64,000 bases of DNA from Elusimicrobiales bacterium (GTDB lineage: Bacteria > Elusimicrobiota > Elusimicrobia > Elusimicrobiales > UBA9959): contig JBBRDG010000003.1 of the NCBI GenBank assembly GCA_038204165.1, forward strand, positions 929 to 64,928, read 5' to 3'. Of this stretch, positions 43,031 through 51,174 are shown one piece after another. A program made the translations under genes and the position numbers. The notes beneath the pieces are model-generated. The model did not search any database. It saw only the letters and a list, made by a program, of their open reading frames with translations, and had not been told where the DNA came from. Position 1 is the stretch's first letter, and each line of letters starts with the position of its first letter.

Positions 43031-45270
43031 AGAACGAAGACATGAACATGCACGTGCGCGGCACTTCGCGCTTTGTGGACGATATCCCGGTTGCCGAGAA
43101 CTGCCTGCACGCCGTTCTTTATGCGTCGCCTGTGGCCCGCGGTAAAATAATTTTACTGGACGTCTCCAGGGCCGCCGCCGCCGAGGGCGTGGCCGCGGTC
43201 TATACGCACCGCGACGTGCCCGGCCTTAACCAGGTTGGGCATGTGCTTAAAGATCAGCCTTTGCTGGCCATCGATAGTGTGGAGTACATAGGTCAGCCCA
43301 TAGCTTTGGTGGTGGCCGATACGGAGCGCAACGCCCAGCGCGCCGTTAAACTTATCAGCGCCGACATTGAGAAGCTCCCGGCGGTCTTCGACCCGCGCGA
43401 AGCGGCAGCCAAAGGGCTGGTCCACGGGGCCAAACGCGTCCTCGTGAACGGCCAGCCGGAAGCGGCTTTCGCTAAATGTAAGTATATCGCCGAGGGGCGG
43501 CTTTCGAGCGGTCCGCAGGAACACTTCTATTTTGAAACCCAGCGCGCGCTGGCGGTGCCCGGTGAGCATGACACCATCAAGGTGCATGCCAGCGCCCAGT
43601 CGCCCGGCGCTTACCACCGGCACCTCGCCGAAGTGCTGGGCATCCCCATGCACAAGGTGGAACTGGATATCCGCAGGCTCGGCGGCGGGTTCGGCGGCAA
43701 GGAATCTACGGCGGTCTGGATAGTAGCGCCGGCCATGGCCGCTTTCCTTCTAAAACGCCCGGTTAAACTTGTATTGAGTCGCAACGAAGATATAGCCACT
43801 AGCGGCAAACGCCACGCCTACGAGTATGACTATAAATTGGGCCTGGACGCCGAGGGCAACATACTTGCCTACCAGATAGACCTGTTCCAGCATGCCGGCG
43901 CTTGCGCCGATATTTCGCTGGCCGTGCTCGGCCGCTCGTTTCTGCATGTTTCGGGTTCTTATAATATCCCCAATATTCGCGTAACCGCACTAAGCTGCCG
44001 CACCAACATTCCGCCGAACAATGCCTTCCGCGGTTTCGGCGTGCCTCAGGGCACTTTCTCAATCGAAGCGGCGCTGCACCATGCCGCCGAACTGATGGGC
44101 GTGGACGCGGAAACCCTTAAACGCAGGAACCTGCTGCGCGACGGGGACACATTACCGTACGGCGTTAAGCTGGACGGCGTGAACGCCGTGCGCTGCTGGG
44201 AAACGCTGGATAAGAATATTAATATCGCCGGGCGCCGCGCGGCGGTTGAGGAATACAACCGGACGCATACGGACACCCGGCGCGGGCTTTCGGTGGTGCC
44301 GGTCTGCTTCGGCATCTCTTTCGCGCAGATGGCGCTTAACCAGGCGAGCGCGCTGGTGAATATTTACGTCGACGGCAGCGTTGCGGTAAGCACCGGCGCG
44401 GTGGAGATGGGTCAGGGGGTCAACGCCAAGATCCGTATTGTCGCCGCGCGCACGCTGGGCATTCCCGTAGAGAAGGTGCGGGTGGACACCACCAACACTT
44501 CCCGCATCCCTAACGCTTCTCCTACTTCGGCCAGTACCGGGGCCGATCTTAACGGCATGGCCACCAAGCTGGCTTGCGAAAAGCTCCGCGACCGCCTGCG
44601 CGAGTTCGCCGCCCGGCACCTGGCCTGCGGCGACCCCGCCTCCGTCGCTATCCGCGACGGAGACGTCTGCGTGGCCGAAAAGCGCTCGGACCTTGGCTGG
44701 GAAAAGCTGGTGGCGGCCGCGCAGTGGGCGCGCGTGGATCTGTCCGAACACGCTTTCTACGCCACGCCTAACCTTAGCTACGATCTAAAGACCGAACGCG
44801 GACAGCCTTTCGCCTACTACAGTTACGGCACCTCGCTTACCGAAGTGCTGCTGGACTGCGTGCGCGGCACCTATGTTGTAGAGTCGGTAGATGTTGTGCA
44901 AGATGTAGGCGAGTCGCTTTCCCCGGAGATAGACCTGGGCCAGATACATGGCGCGGTGATCCAGGGCATCGGCTGGGCCACGCTGGAGCAAATCCGCTAC
45001 GGCGCCGAAGGCAAAGTACTCACCGGCGTTAACGCCTACAAAGTGCCGGACATCAAATTCTGCCCGAAGCGCTTCGAGGTCACCCTTCTGAAAGACTCCG
45101 TGAACCCTTACGCCGTGTGCAACAGCAAGGCCATCGGCGAGCCCCCGTTCGTGCACGGGCTCGGTTCATACTTCGCCATCTTGCAGGCGCTCCGCAGCGT
45201 GCGCCAAGACAAGCCCGCCCCGTCGCTCCCCATCACCCCCGAAAAAGCCTTCATGTACCTGCACGAATAG
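43027..45270 (+). CDS. xdhB: Xanthine dehydrogenase molybdopterin-binding subunit
   Basis: 747 aa with LGGGFGGKE, FRGFGVPQG and the catalytic-Glu loop SKAIGEPPF. Confidence 0.88.
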   Translation: MKNEDMNMHVRGTSRFVDDIPVAENCLHAVLYASPVARGKIILLDVSRAAAAEGVAAVYTHRDVPGLNQVGHVLKDQPLLAIDSVEYIGQPIALVVADTERNAQRAVKLISADIEKLPAVFDPREAAAKGLVHGAKRVLVNGQPEAAFAKCKYIAEGRLSSGPQEHFYFETQRALAVPGEHDTIKVHASAQSPGAYHRHLAEVLGIPMHKVELDIRRLGGGFGGKESTAVWIVAPAMAAFLLKRPVKLVLSRNEDIATSGKRHAYEYDYKLGLDAEGNILAYQIDLFQHAGACADISLAVLGRSFLHVSGSYNIPNIRVTALSCRTNIPPNNAFRGFGVPQGTFSIEAALHHAAELMGVDAETLKRRNLLRDGDTLPYGVKLDGVNAVRCWETLDKNINIAGRRAAVEEYNRTHTDTRRGLSVVPVCFGISFAQMALNQASALVNIYVDGSVAVSTGAVEMGQGVNAKIRIVAARTLGIPVEKVRVDTTNTSRIPNASPTSASTGADLNGMATKLACEKLRDRLREFAARHLACGDPASVAIRDGDVCVAEKRSDLGWEKLVAAAQWARVDLSEHAFYATPNLSYDLKTERGQPFAYYSYGTSLTEVLLDCVRGTYVVESVDVVQDVGESLSPEIDLGQIHGAVIQGIGWATLEQIRYGAEGKVLTGVNAYKVPDIKFCPKRFEVTLLKDSVNPYAVCNSKAIGEPPFVHGLGSYFAILQALRSVRQDKPAPSLPITPEKAFMYLHE

Positions 45271-45300
45271 GGGAAGGGGAATCTGATTGGAGGAAAGGGG

Positions 45301-45351
45301 AAATAGGGGACAGCGCCCTATATTTCCGAAATAGGGCGCTGTCCCCTATTT
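45301..45351 (+). terminator. Strong hairpin terminator after xdhB
   Basis: Perfect 21-bp stem AAATAGGGGACAGCGCCCTAT / ATAGGGCGCTGTCCCCTATTT with a 9-nt loop, followed by TTTT. Confidence 0.7.
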
Positions 45352-45386
45352 TTCCCCGGAGTTTAGTCCAGTAGCAACTTCAATCC

Positions 45387-45416
45387 TTGACAGGCTTGAG
45401 CGGCCGCTGATACAAT
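45387..45416 (+). promoter_or_regulatory. Sigma70 promoter abutting the moaD start codon
   Basis: TTGACA (45387-45392), an 18-nt spacer, TACAAT (45411-45416). Only 7 nt lie between the -10 and the ATG at 45424, with no SD. Confidence 0.6.
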
Positions 45417-45423
45417 TCTTAAG

Positions 45424-45669
45424 ATGAAAAAGAAAATTATGGTCCGCTATTTTGCGCTTATCGGCGAGCGGCGCGGCACGCAGACCGAGGCCTATGAGAC
45501 CTGCGCCGAGACGGCGCGGGAGCTGCTGCACGAGCTGCAGGCCGGCAAAGTTATTCCCCTTACCACCAACATCTCCAAGGCCTCCATAAACGACAAGTTC
45601 GTGGACTGGGACGCCCCCATCCAAGACGGCGACCTGGTCACCCTGCTCTCCCCGTTCTCCGGCGGTTGA
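45424..45669 (+). CDS. moaD: MoaD/ThiS-family ubiquitin-like sulfur carrier
   Basis: 81 aa ending in ...LLSPFSGG (C-terminal Gly-Gly). MVRYFALIGERRG aligns with MoaD N-termini, so an alternative start is the ATG at 45439. Confidence 0.85.
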   Translation: MKKKIMVRYFALIGERRGTQTEAYETCAETARELLHELQAGKVIPLTTNISKASINDKFVDWDAPIQDGDLVTLLSPFSGG

Positions 45670-45684
45670 GACAATCCGGATAAA

Positions 45685-45726
45685 AGAAAACCGCCGCCGC
45701 ATAGGGATATGCGGCGGCGGTTTTCT
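45685..45726. terminator. Bidirectional rho-independent terminator
   Basis: 19-bp stem AGAAAACCGCCGCCGCATA / TATGCGGCGGCGGTTTTCT with a 4-nt loop, between convergent moaD and the minus-strand Mo subunit. Confidence 0.8.
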
Positions 45727-45741
45727 GTTGTTCCAGGTCTG

Positions 45742-48078
45742 TTACTTCTTGCCTACGGCCTGGATGGCCTTCAACACTCTTTCGGGGGTGAAGGGGAACT
45801 CGCGCACGCGGGCGCCGGTGGCATTGTATAGGGCGTTAGCCAGAACTGGGGCCGCGCCGTTGATGGAGATCTCCGACACGCTCTTGGCGCCGAAGGGGCC
45901 GGTGTCCTCATAGGAGGGCACCAGGATGGACTTCACCGGCGGGCGGTCGCGCATGGAGTAGATGTGGTAGTCGGCGAAGGACGCGTTCATCATCTTCCCG
46001 TTCTCGAACAGGTACTCCTCGGTCAGCGCGTAGCTGATGCCGTTCAGGGTGCCGCCGTCGGTTTGCCCCTCGCAGAGCTGCGGGTTGATGGCGGTGCCGC
46101 AGTCTATGGTGGAGATATAGTTCAGTACCTTGATGAAGCCGGTCAGCGTGTCCACTTCTATCTCGGCGAAGTGGGCGGCGAACGGCGGGGGGGACTTCTT
46201 GGTGATATGCGAGGCCGTGCCGATAATCTGGTACTGGTTCTTCTGGTACAGCGTGTACTTTGCTATGTCGCCGTAAGAGACCTGCTTGCTGCCGTCGGCA
46301 TTGCGCACGGAGGAATCCTCGCAATGCACTTCGGAGACGGAGAGCCCGAGCATTTCCGCGCCGGAGGCCAGAATCTGCCGCTTGGCGTCGGCCGCGGCCT
46401 TGCGGGCGGCTTCGCCCGACAGGTAGGTGGTGGACGAAGCGTAGGCGCCCACGTCGAACGGCGTCATGTCCGTATCGGAAGAGTACACGATCATCTTGTC
46501 GGTAGTGGTCTCCAACTCTTCGGCGGCTATCTGCGCCAGTACGGTGTCCGAGCCGGTGCCCAGGTCGGTGGCCCCGACGTTAAGGTTGAAAGAGCCGTCG
46601 TCGTTTATCTTTATCATCGCGCCGCCCATGTCGATGTCCGGAATGGACGAGCCCTGCATCAGGCAGGCCATGCCGAAGCCGCGGCGGAAACGGCCGGTCT
46701 TGCCGCGCCAGTCGGCGCGGTTCTTCCAGCCCACGGCTTCCGCGCCCTGCACTATACATTCGGCTAGCGCGTTGGACCCTACGGTCATCGGGGTGCCTTC
46801 GCGGCCTTCGCCGAGCGCCGCGAAGATGGGCGAGCCCTCGCCCGACTTAATATGGTTCATCTGGCGGAAAGCCATGGGGTTCATGCCTATGGCCTCGGCC
46901 ATTTCGTCCATGACGGATTCCATAGCAAAGAAGGCCTGCGTGGCGCCGAAGCCGCGGTAGGCGCCGCCCACGGGCAGGTTGGTGTAATAGGACTTGCCGT
47001 CAAAGTGAATGTTGTCACAATGGTAGAGCGGCAACACTTTGGAGCCCGCGCAGGACACCACGGTGAGGCCGTGGCCGCCGTAGGCCCCGGTGTTATTGGC
47101 GCAGTCCATGCCAATAGCGGTAATGGTGCCGTCCTTCTTAACGCCGGCGCGGATGCGCACGCGGAAAGGGTGGCGGGTGCGGCCGGTGCGGAACATCTCT
47201 TCTCTGTTAAACTGCCAGAAGCAGGGGCGGCCGGTGCGCAGGGCGAACATGGCCACCACGTCTTCCAGCAGAATCTCCTGCTTGCAGCCGAAGCCGCCGC
47301 CGATTCTGGGTTTTATAACACGAATCTGCTGTACCGGGATGCCCAGGGTCAGCGCCACGATGCGGCGGCAATGAAAGGGAACCTGAGTTGAAGTGGTGAT
47401 GACGATGCGCCCCGAAGGAGCTCTCTGGGCCAGTGATGTGTAAGGCTCGATGGGGCAATGCTGGGCGTAGGGAGTCTCGAAGGATTCGTCGAAGGTGAAG
47501 TCCGCGGCCTTCATGCCCTTCTCAAAGTCGCCGGCTTCGCAGCCCACCTGGGCCACCAGGTTCTTTTTGGGCTCGTAGGGAATAGGGATGGGGACGTGGG
47601 CTTCTTTCTCGTCGTGGATGATGGGGGCGTTCGGGGCCATGGCCTCGTCCAGCGAGAAGACCGGCTGGAGCACTTCGTACTCCACCTTTATCGCTGCGAG
47701 CGCGGCCAGGGCCTGTTCCTCGGTCTCGGCGGCTACGGCGGCCACGCGGTCGCCCACAAAGCGCACCTTGCTGTCGAACATGAAAGTGTCGTAGGGAGAG
47801 GGCTCGGGAAAGCCCTGGCCGGCGGTGCAGTGCACTATGCGCGGCACATTGCCATGCCACAACACGCCTTTCACCCCGGGCATCTTCTCGGCGGCCGAGA
47901 TGTCCAGTGACTTAATGCGGGCGTGAGCGTGCGGGCTCCAGAGCATCTTTACTATAAGAGTGTTGCGCGGTACGAAGTCGGCCACGTACGAGTCCTTGCC
48001 GAGAGCGAGCTGGAGGGCGTCGATCTTGGTGACGGAATGATTTACCTGCTTAAATTTGCTGGTGCGTTCGTCTTTCAT
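45742..48078 (-). CDS. Xanthine-dehydrogenase-family molybdopterin subunit (XdhD / purine-hydroxylase-like)
   Basis: 778 aa with IGGGFGCKQE, YRGFGATQ and the C-terminal loop FGAKSVSEISINGAAP. Confidence 0.85.
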   Translation of the reverse strand: MKDERTSKFKQVNHSVTKIDALQLALGKDSYVADFVPRNTLIVKMLWSPHAHARIKSLDISAAEKMPGVKGVLWHGNVPRIVHCTAGQGFPEPSPYDTFMFDSKVRFVGDRVAAVAAETEEQALAALAAIKVEYEVLQPVFSLDEAMAPNAPIIHDEKEAHVPIPIPYEPKKNLVAQVGCEAGDFEKGMKAADFTFDESFETPYAQHCPIEPYTSLAQRAPSGRIVITTSTQVPFHCRRIVALTLGIPVQQIRVIKPRIGGGFGCKQEILLEDVVAMFALRTGRPCFWQFNREEMFRTGRTRHPFRVRIRAGVKKDGTITAIGMDCANNTGAYGGHGLTVVSCAGSKVLPLYHCDNIHFDGKSYYTNLPVGGAYRGFGATQAFFAMESVMDEMAEAIGMNPMAFRQMNHIKSGEGSPIFAALGEGREGTPMTVGSNALAECIVQGAEAVGWKNRADWRGKTGRFRRGFGMACLMQGSSIPDIDMGGAMIKINDDGSFNLNVGATDLGTGSDTVLAQIAAEELETTTDKMIVYSSDTDMTPFDVGAYASSTTYLSGEAARKAAADAKRQILASGAEMLGLSVSEVHCEDSSVRNADGSKQVSYGDIAKYTLYQKNQYQIIGTASHITKKSPPPFAAHFAEIEVDTLTGFIKVLNYISTIDCGTAINPQLCEGQTDGGTLNGISYALTEEYLFENGKMMNASFADYHIYSMRDRPPVKSILVPSYEDTGPFGAKSVSEISINGAAPVLANALYNATGARVREFPFTPERVLKAIQAVGKK

Positions 48079-48090
48079 GTATTACCTCGG

Positions 48091-48603
48091 TTAATGCTTG
48101 TGATCGTGGGGTTCGGGTACGGGTTTGCCGGCTTCGCGGCGGTCCAGCACCTTGCGCAGCGCTATCCAGATCTTCTCGTAGCCGGTGCAGCGGCACAGGT
48201 TTCCGTCCATATATTCTCGGACAATCTCGTCCTCGAACACGGTCTCGGTCTCCATCAGCGCGGTAGCGCTCATTACCATGCCGGGGATGCAGTAGCCGCA
48301 CTGCACGGCGCCGGCCGCTATAAGTTCCTTCTGGAATTCGGCGGGCTCTTCGAAGGTGCCGGCGCTTTCGATGGTGCGCACACTGCGGCCTTCGGCCTGC
48401 TTGGCGTAAAGAAGGCAGGAGTAGACGGCCCGGCCGTCCATGATCATGGTGCAGGCGCCGCAGGTACCCTGGCCGCAGCCGAACTTGGTGCCGCGGTAGC
48501 CTTCGCGGCGCAGCAGCGCTAGCAGCTTCTCGTCTGGCTCGGTGACAAAGGTCTTAACCTCGCCGTTAAGGGTAAAGGTGACGGTGTTGGGATTCTCTTT
48601 CAT
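48091..48603 (-). CDS. (2Fe-2S)-binding small subunit of Mo hydroxylase
   Basis: 170 aa with CGQGTCGACTMIMDG, CGYCIPG and CRCTGYEKI. Confidence 0.9.
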   Translation of the reverse strand: MKENPNTVTFTLNGEVKTFVTEPDEKLLALLRREGYRGTKFGCGQGTCGACTMIMDGRAVYSCLLYAKQAEGRSVRTIESAGTFEEPAEFQKELIAAGAVQCGYCIPGMVMSATALMETETVFEDEIVREYMDGNLCRCTGYEKIWIALRKVLDRREAGKPVPEPHDHKH

Positions 48604-49454
48604 TATTCGGCCCTCTCTTTGGCGAACGCCGCGGCTTTTTCCAGCGCGTCTACCAGCGAAACTTCAGCCAGCTGTTTAATGTAGTCCGCGCTCATCCCTT
48701 CGCGCACGCACCAGCGGGCGTCGGCGGAGGCCACGTTGGCGGCTTCCTTGAAGACCTCGGTTGTGGCCTCGCGGCCGACCAGCGCGGCCTCTACGGAGGG
48801 CAGGCGGTGGGGAAAGGGGATGGCGCTGCCGGCGGAGACGCGCGCGGACTTTATTTTGCCGTTCTGCAACTCAAGCAGGGCGGCGATTGTAACCAGCGAG
48901 AAAGCTGCGGCGTTGCGCGTGGCTTTTACCGCACCGAAGCCCTGGTGCGCTTTCAGCACGGGCACTTTAACGGCGGTAAGTAGGTTGCCGCCCTGGAAGC
49001 GTTTGGCGGGCTGGGCCGCGAAGTAATCGTCGGCGGCTACTTCCTCTTCTTTCTCGGAGCCGGTGTAGATCAGCATGCGCGCGTTCAGGGCCAGCAGCAC
49101 CACGGGCAGGTCGGCCCAGGGGAAGATGCGGCAGATATTGCCGCCTATGGTGGAAACGTTGCGGATCTGGTGGGTGGAAATGTTGCGGGCTATCTCGTGC
49201 ATCACCCAGCCGTGGCCGCGGTGGCGCTGCAGGTCGGAAAGCGGGGTGGTGGCGCCTATGGCGAAGAAATCGCCTTCCTGGCGGATGAAGGAAAGGCCCA
49301 GGCGGGTAATGTCAACCGCGGTGACGGGGGTCTTGGTCGGCATGAAATGCAGCGCCGTGCCGCCGGCGAGGGGCATACCTTTGGGACCCAGTTCGCGCAG
49401 CGTATCGCGCGCCTCTGACAGGCTGGCGGGACGGATAAATTCACATAGCTTCAT
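48603..49454 (-). CDS. FAD-binding medium subunit of Mo hydroxylase (CoxM/YgfM-like)
   Basis: 283 aa with PLAGGTALHF and the TIGGNI motif. The stop overlaps the start of the 2Fe-2S subunit. Confidence 0.85.
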   Translation of the reverse strand: MKLCEFIRPASLSEARDTLRELGPKGMPLAGGTALHFMPTKTPVTAVDITRLGLSFIRQEGDFFAIGATTPLSDLQRHRGHGWVMHEIARNISTHQIRNVSTIGGNICRIFPWADLPVVLLALNARMLIYTGSEKEEEVAADDYFAAQPAKRFQGGNLLTAVKVPVLKAHQGFGAVKATRNAAAFSLVTIAALLELQNGKIKSARVSAGSAIPFPHRLPSVEAALVGREATTEVFKEAANVASADARWCVREGMSADYIKQLAEVSLVDALEKAAAFAKERAE

Positions 49455-49772
49455 AGACGTTCCTTAAGGTGACGGTTTAATTTCCTAATTAAAAATATAG
49501 CAGATTCTGCGCCGCCCATAAAGCGCCTTTTTTAACCGGGAATAAAAGTAAAGCGCGCTGACCCACGGGGAGGCGCAGAAAGTCTCAACCACAGCACTAC
49601 CACAAACAAACCAGAATATGATATATTTTTACTATGCAAATATAAGCGGGGCTTATCGTGCTCAGGGGCATGAGCCGGTCCCGGTTACAGGTGGCTGCTG
49701 TGGCGGCCGATACTGTATCAGGAAAAAGATTTTGGTTGGGAACTAATAGGGTTAAATAAGAGGGGAGCGAAA

Positions 49773-51068
49773 ATGAAAAATATAACAAAAACCTTGGCCA
49801 CAATGCTGTTGTTCATGGCTTTTACGTCAGCCGCGCATGCTGTAGACGGCTACCAGCAGCTGGCGAACGAGATCAGCGAGGCCGGCGCCTCGATCCAGGG
49901 GAAGAAAATAGCGATTATCCCTTTCTCCTACGCCGACGGGCGCACCGGGGCCACCAAGGATGGCGCGGTAATCTCCGAACGTCTTACCATCAAGATGATC
50001 AACATGCACAAGTTCGAAATCATCGAACGCTCCGTGCTGGACAAGGTGATGGCAGAACTCAAGCTCCAGGCTTCCGGCATGATAGACGCTTCCAGCGCGC
50101 AGCAACTGGGCAAGGTGCTCGGTGTTGAAGCCATAGTGACCGGCACACTGGTCGAGACTTCCGGCGGCCAGATAGAGGTTAACGCCCGCCTGATCAAGAC
50201 CGAGACCGCGCAGGCCATAGGCGCCTCGCAGGTCGCGCTGGATAAAAACTGGATAGGCGACGCCGCCACCGCCCAGCAGCAGCCCGCGTACCAGCAGGCG
50301 GCCTACCAGCAGCCCGCTTACGAGGCGCCGGTAAAGCAGCATCCTCCCTACGCGCGCGGCAAGAATGAATACGGTTTTTTCGATATTTTCATGGGGTTTG
50401 GTTCCCCCAAAATGGATATGGAGTTCAGCAATTCTAACGGCAATATCACTCTGGACAGCACCTATGGCAACGACCTTGGCATAGCGGTCAGCGGCCTGAT
50501 TATTCCCAAGGATTATAAGACCGTTACCTGGAAGGGGCTTAAGACCGAGGGCGTAGGCCCGATAGCTTTCCGAGTTGGCGGTTTCGGCAAGCAGGCGCTG
50601 GGCGGCGACCTGGAAATATCATATGAGAAGCGCAACATAGCGGTGCAGGATACCACTTGGTCTCTCAACGGCGGTGCCGCGAATAAATTCAAGTTCGACA
50701 CCAACGATTACGCCACGGTTAAGACCTTCGGCATCAGCGGCGATCTGCTTATCAGGCACGCCGGAAATAAAGTGGACCCGTACTTCGGCATCGGGCTCGG
50801 AATGTCGCTCAACGCTATTGAACTTCCCTATGTCAAAGGGTTTACAGACGGCTCTTTTGTGCGGCCTACGAATGATCTTGGGCTGGGGCTGATGTTCAGG
50901 ATCCCCGTCGGTTTGCGCATACGGATTGGTGACAAGACTCAACTGGTCGCGGAAGCGCGTTATGAGATTAATTCTATACATTTTAACCGCGGCAGCATCA
51001 GCGGCGAGTCGGATAATATAACCCTTAGCGGGGTTAAATTCAACGTGGGCATGGGCTTCCTGTTCTAA
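49773..51068 (+). CDS. Outer-membrane protein: FlgO/CsgG-like N-terminal domain + Q/P/A/Y linker + beta-barrel
   Basis: Signal peptide ending AHA. The N-domain (KKIAIIPFSY...IERSVLDKVMAELKLQASG...VEAIVTGTL) resembles FlgO/LpoB/CsgG-type lipoprotein folds. Tandem PAYQQ-like repeats follow, then a C-terminal barrel ending GMGFLF. Confidence 0.55.
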   Translation: MKNITKTLATMLLFMAFTSAAHAVDGYQQLANEISEAGASIQGKKIAIIPFSYADGRTGATKDGAVISERLTIKMINMHKFEIIERSVLDKVMAELKLQASGMIDASSAQQLGKVLGVEAIVTGTLVETSGGQIEVNARLIKTETAQAIGASQVALDKNWIGDAATAQQQPAYQQAAYQQPAYEAPVKQHPPYARGKNEYGFFDIFMGFGSPKMDMEFSNSNGNITLDSTYGNDLGIAVSGLIIPKDYKTVTWKGLKTEGVGPIAFRVGGFGKQALGGDLEISYEKRNIAVQDTTWSLNGGAANKFKFDTNDYATVKTFGISGDLLIRHAGNKVDPYFGIGLGMSLNAIELPYVKGFTDGSFVRPTNDLGLGLMFRIPVGLRIRIGDKTQLVAEARYEINSIHFNRGSISGESDNITLSGVKFNVGMGFLF

Positions 51069-51174
51069 AACACAAGGTGTTTGGGCTGCTGGTACGCCGC
51101 TGCGCGATGGGCGGCGTGCCGTTAGGGTGCGCCCGCACCTCTTTCAAGCCTTGAGTATTATCGGAGATAAAAAA

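Noticed and set aside
29131-49454. Selenocysteine recoding (in-frame TGA) or direct evidence of selenium dependence in the Mo-hydroxylase island
   Set aside because: All enzymes are uninterrupted ORFs with no split pairs suggesting TGA read-through. No selD, selA/B, yqeB or yqeC is visible in the window. Selenium dependence remains a context-based possibility only.
49618-49746. 42-aa Cys-containing ORF (…GGCCGGRYC…) in the long intergenic region upstream of the OMP gene
   Set aside because: No SD, no recognisable peptide family, and it overlaps probable promoter/leader sequence of the 49773 gene. Likely fortuitous.
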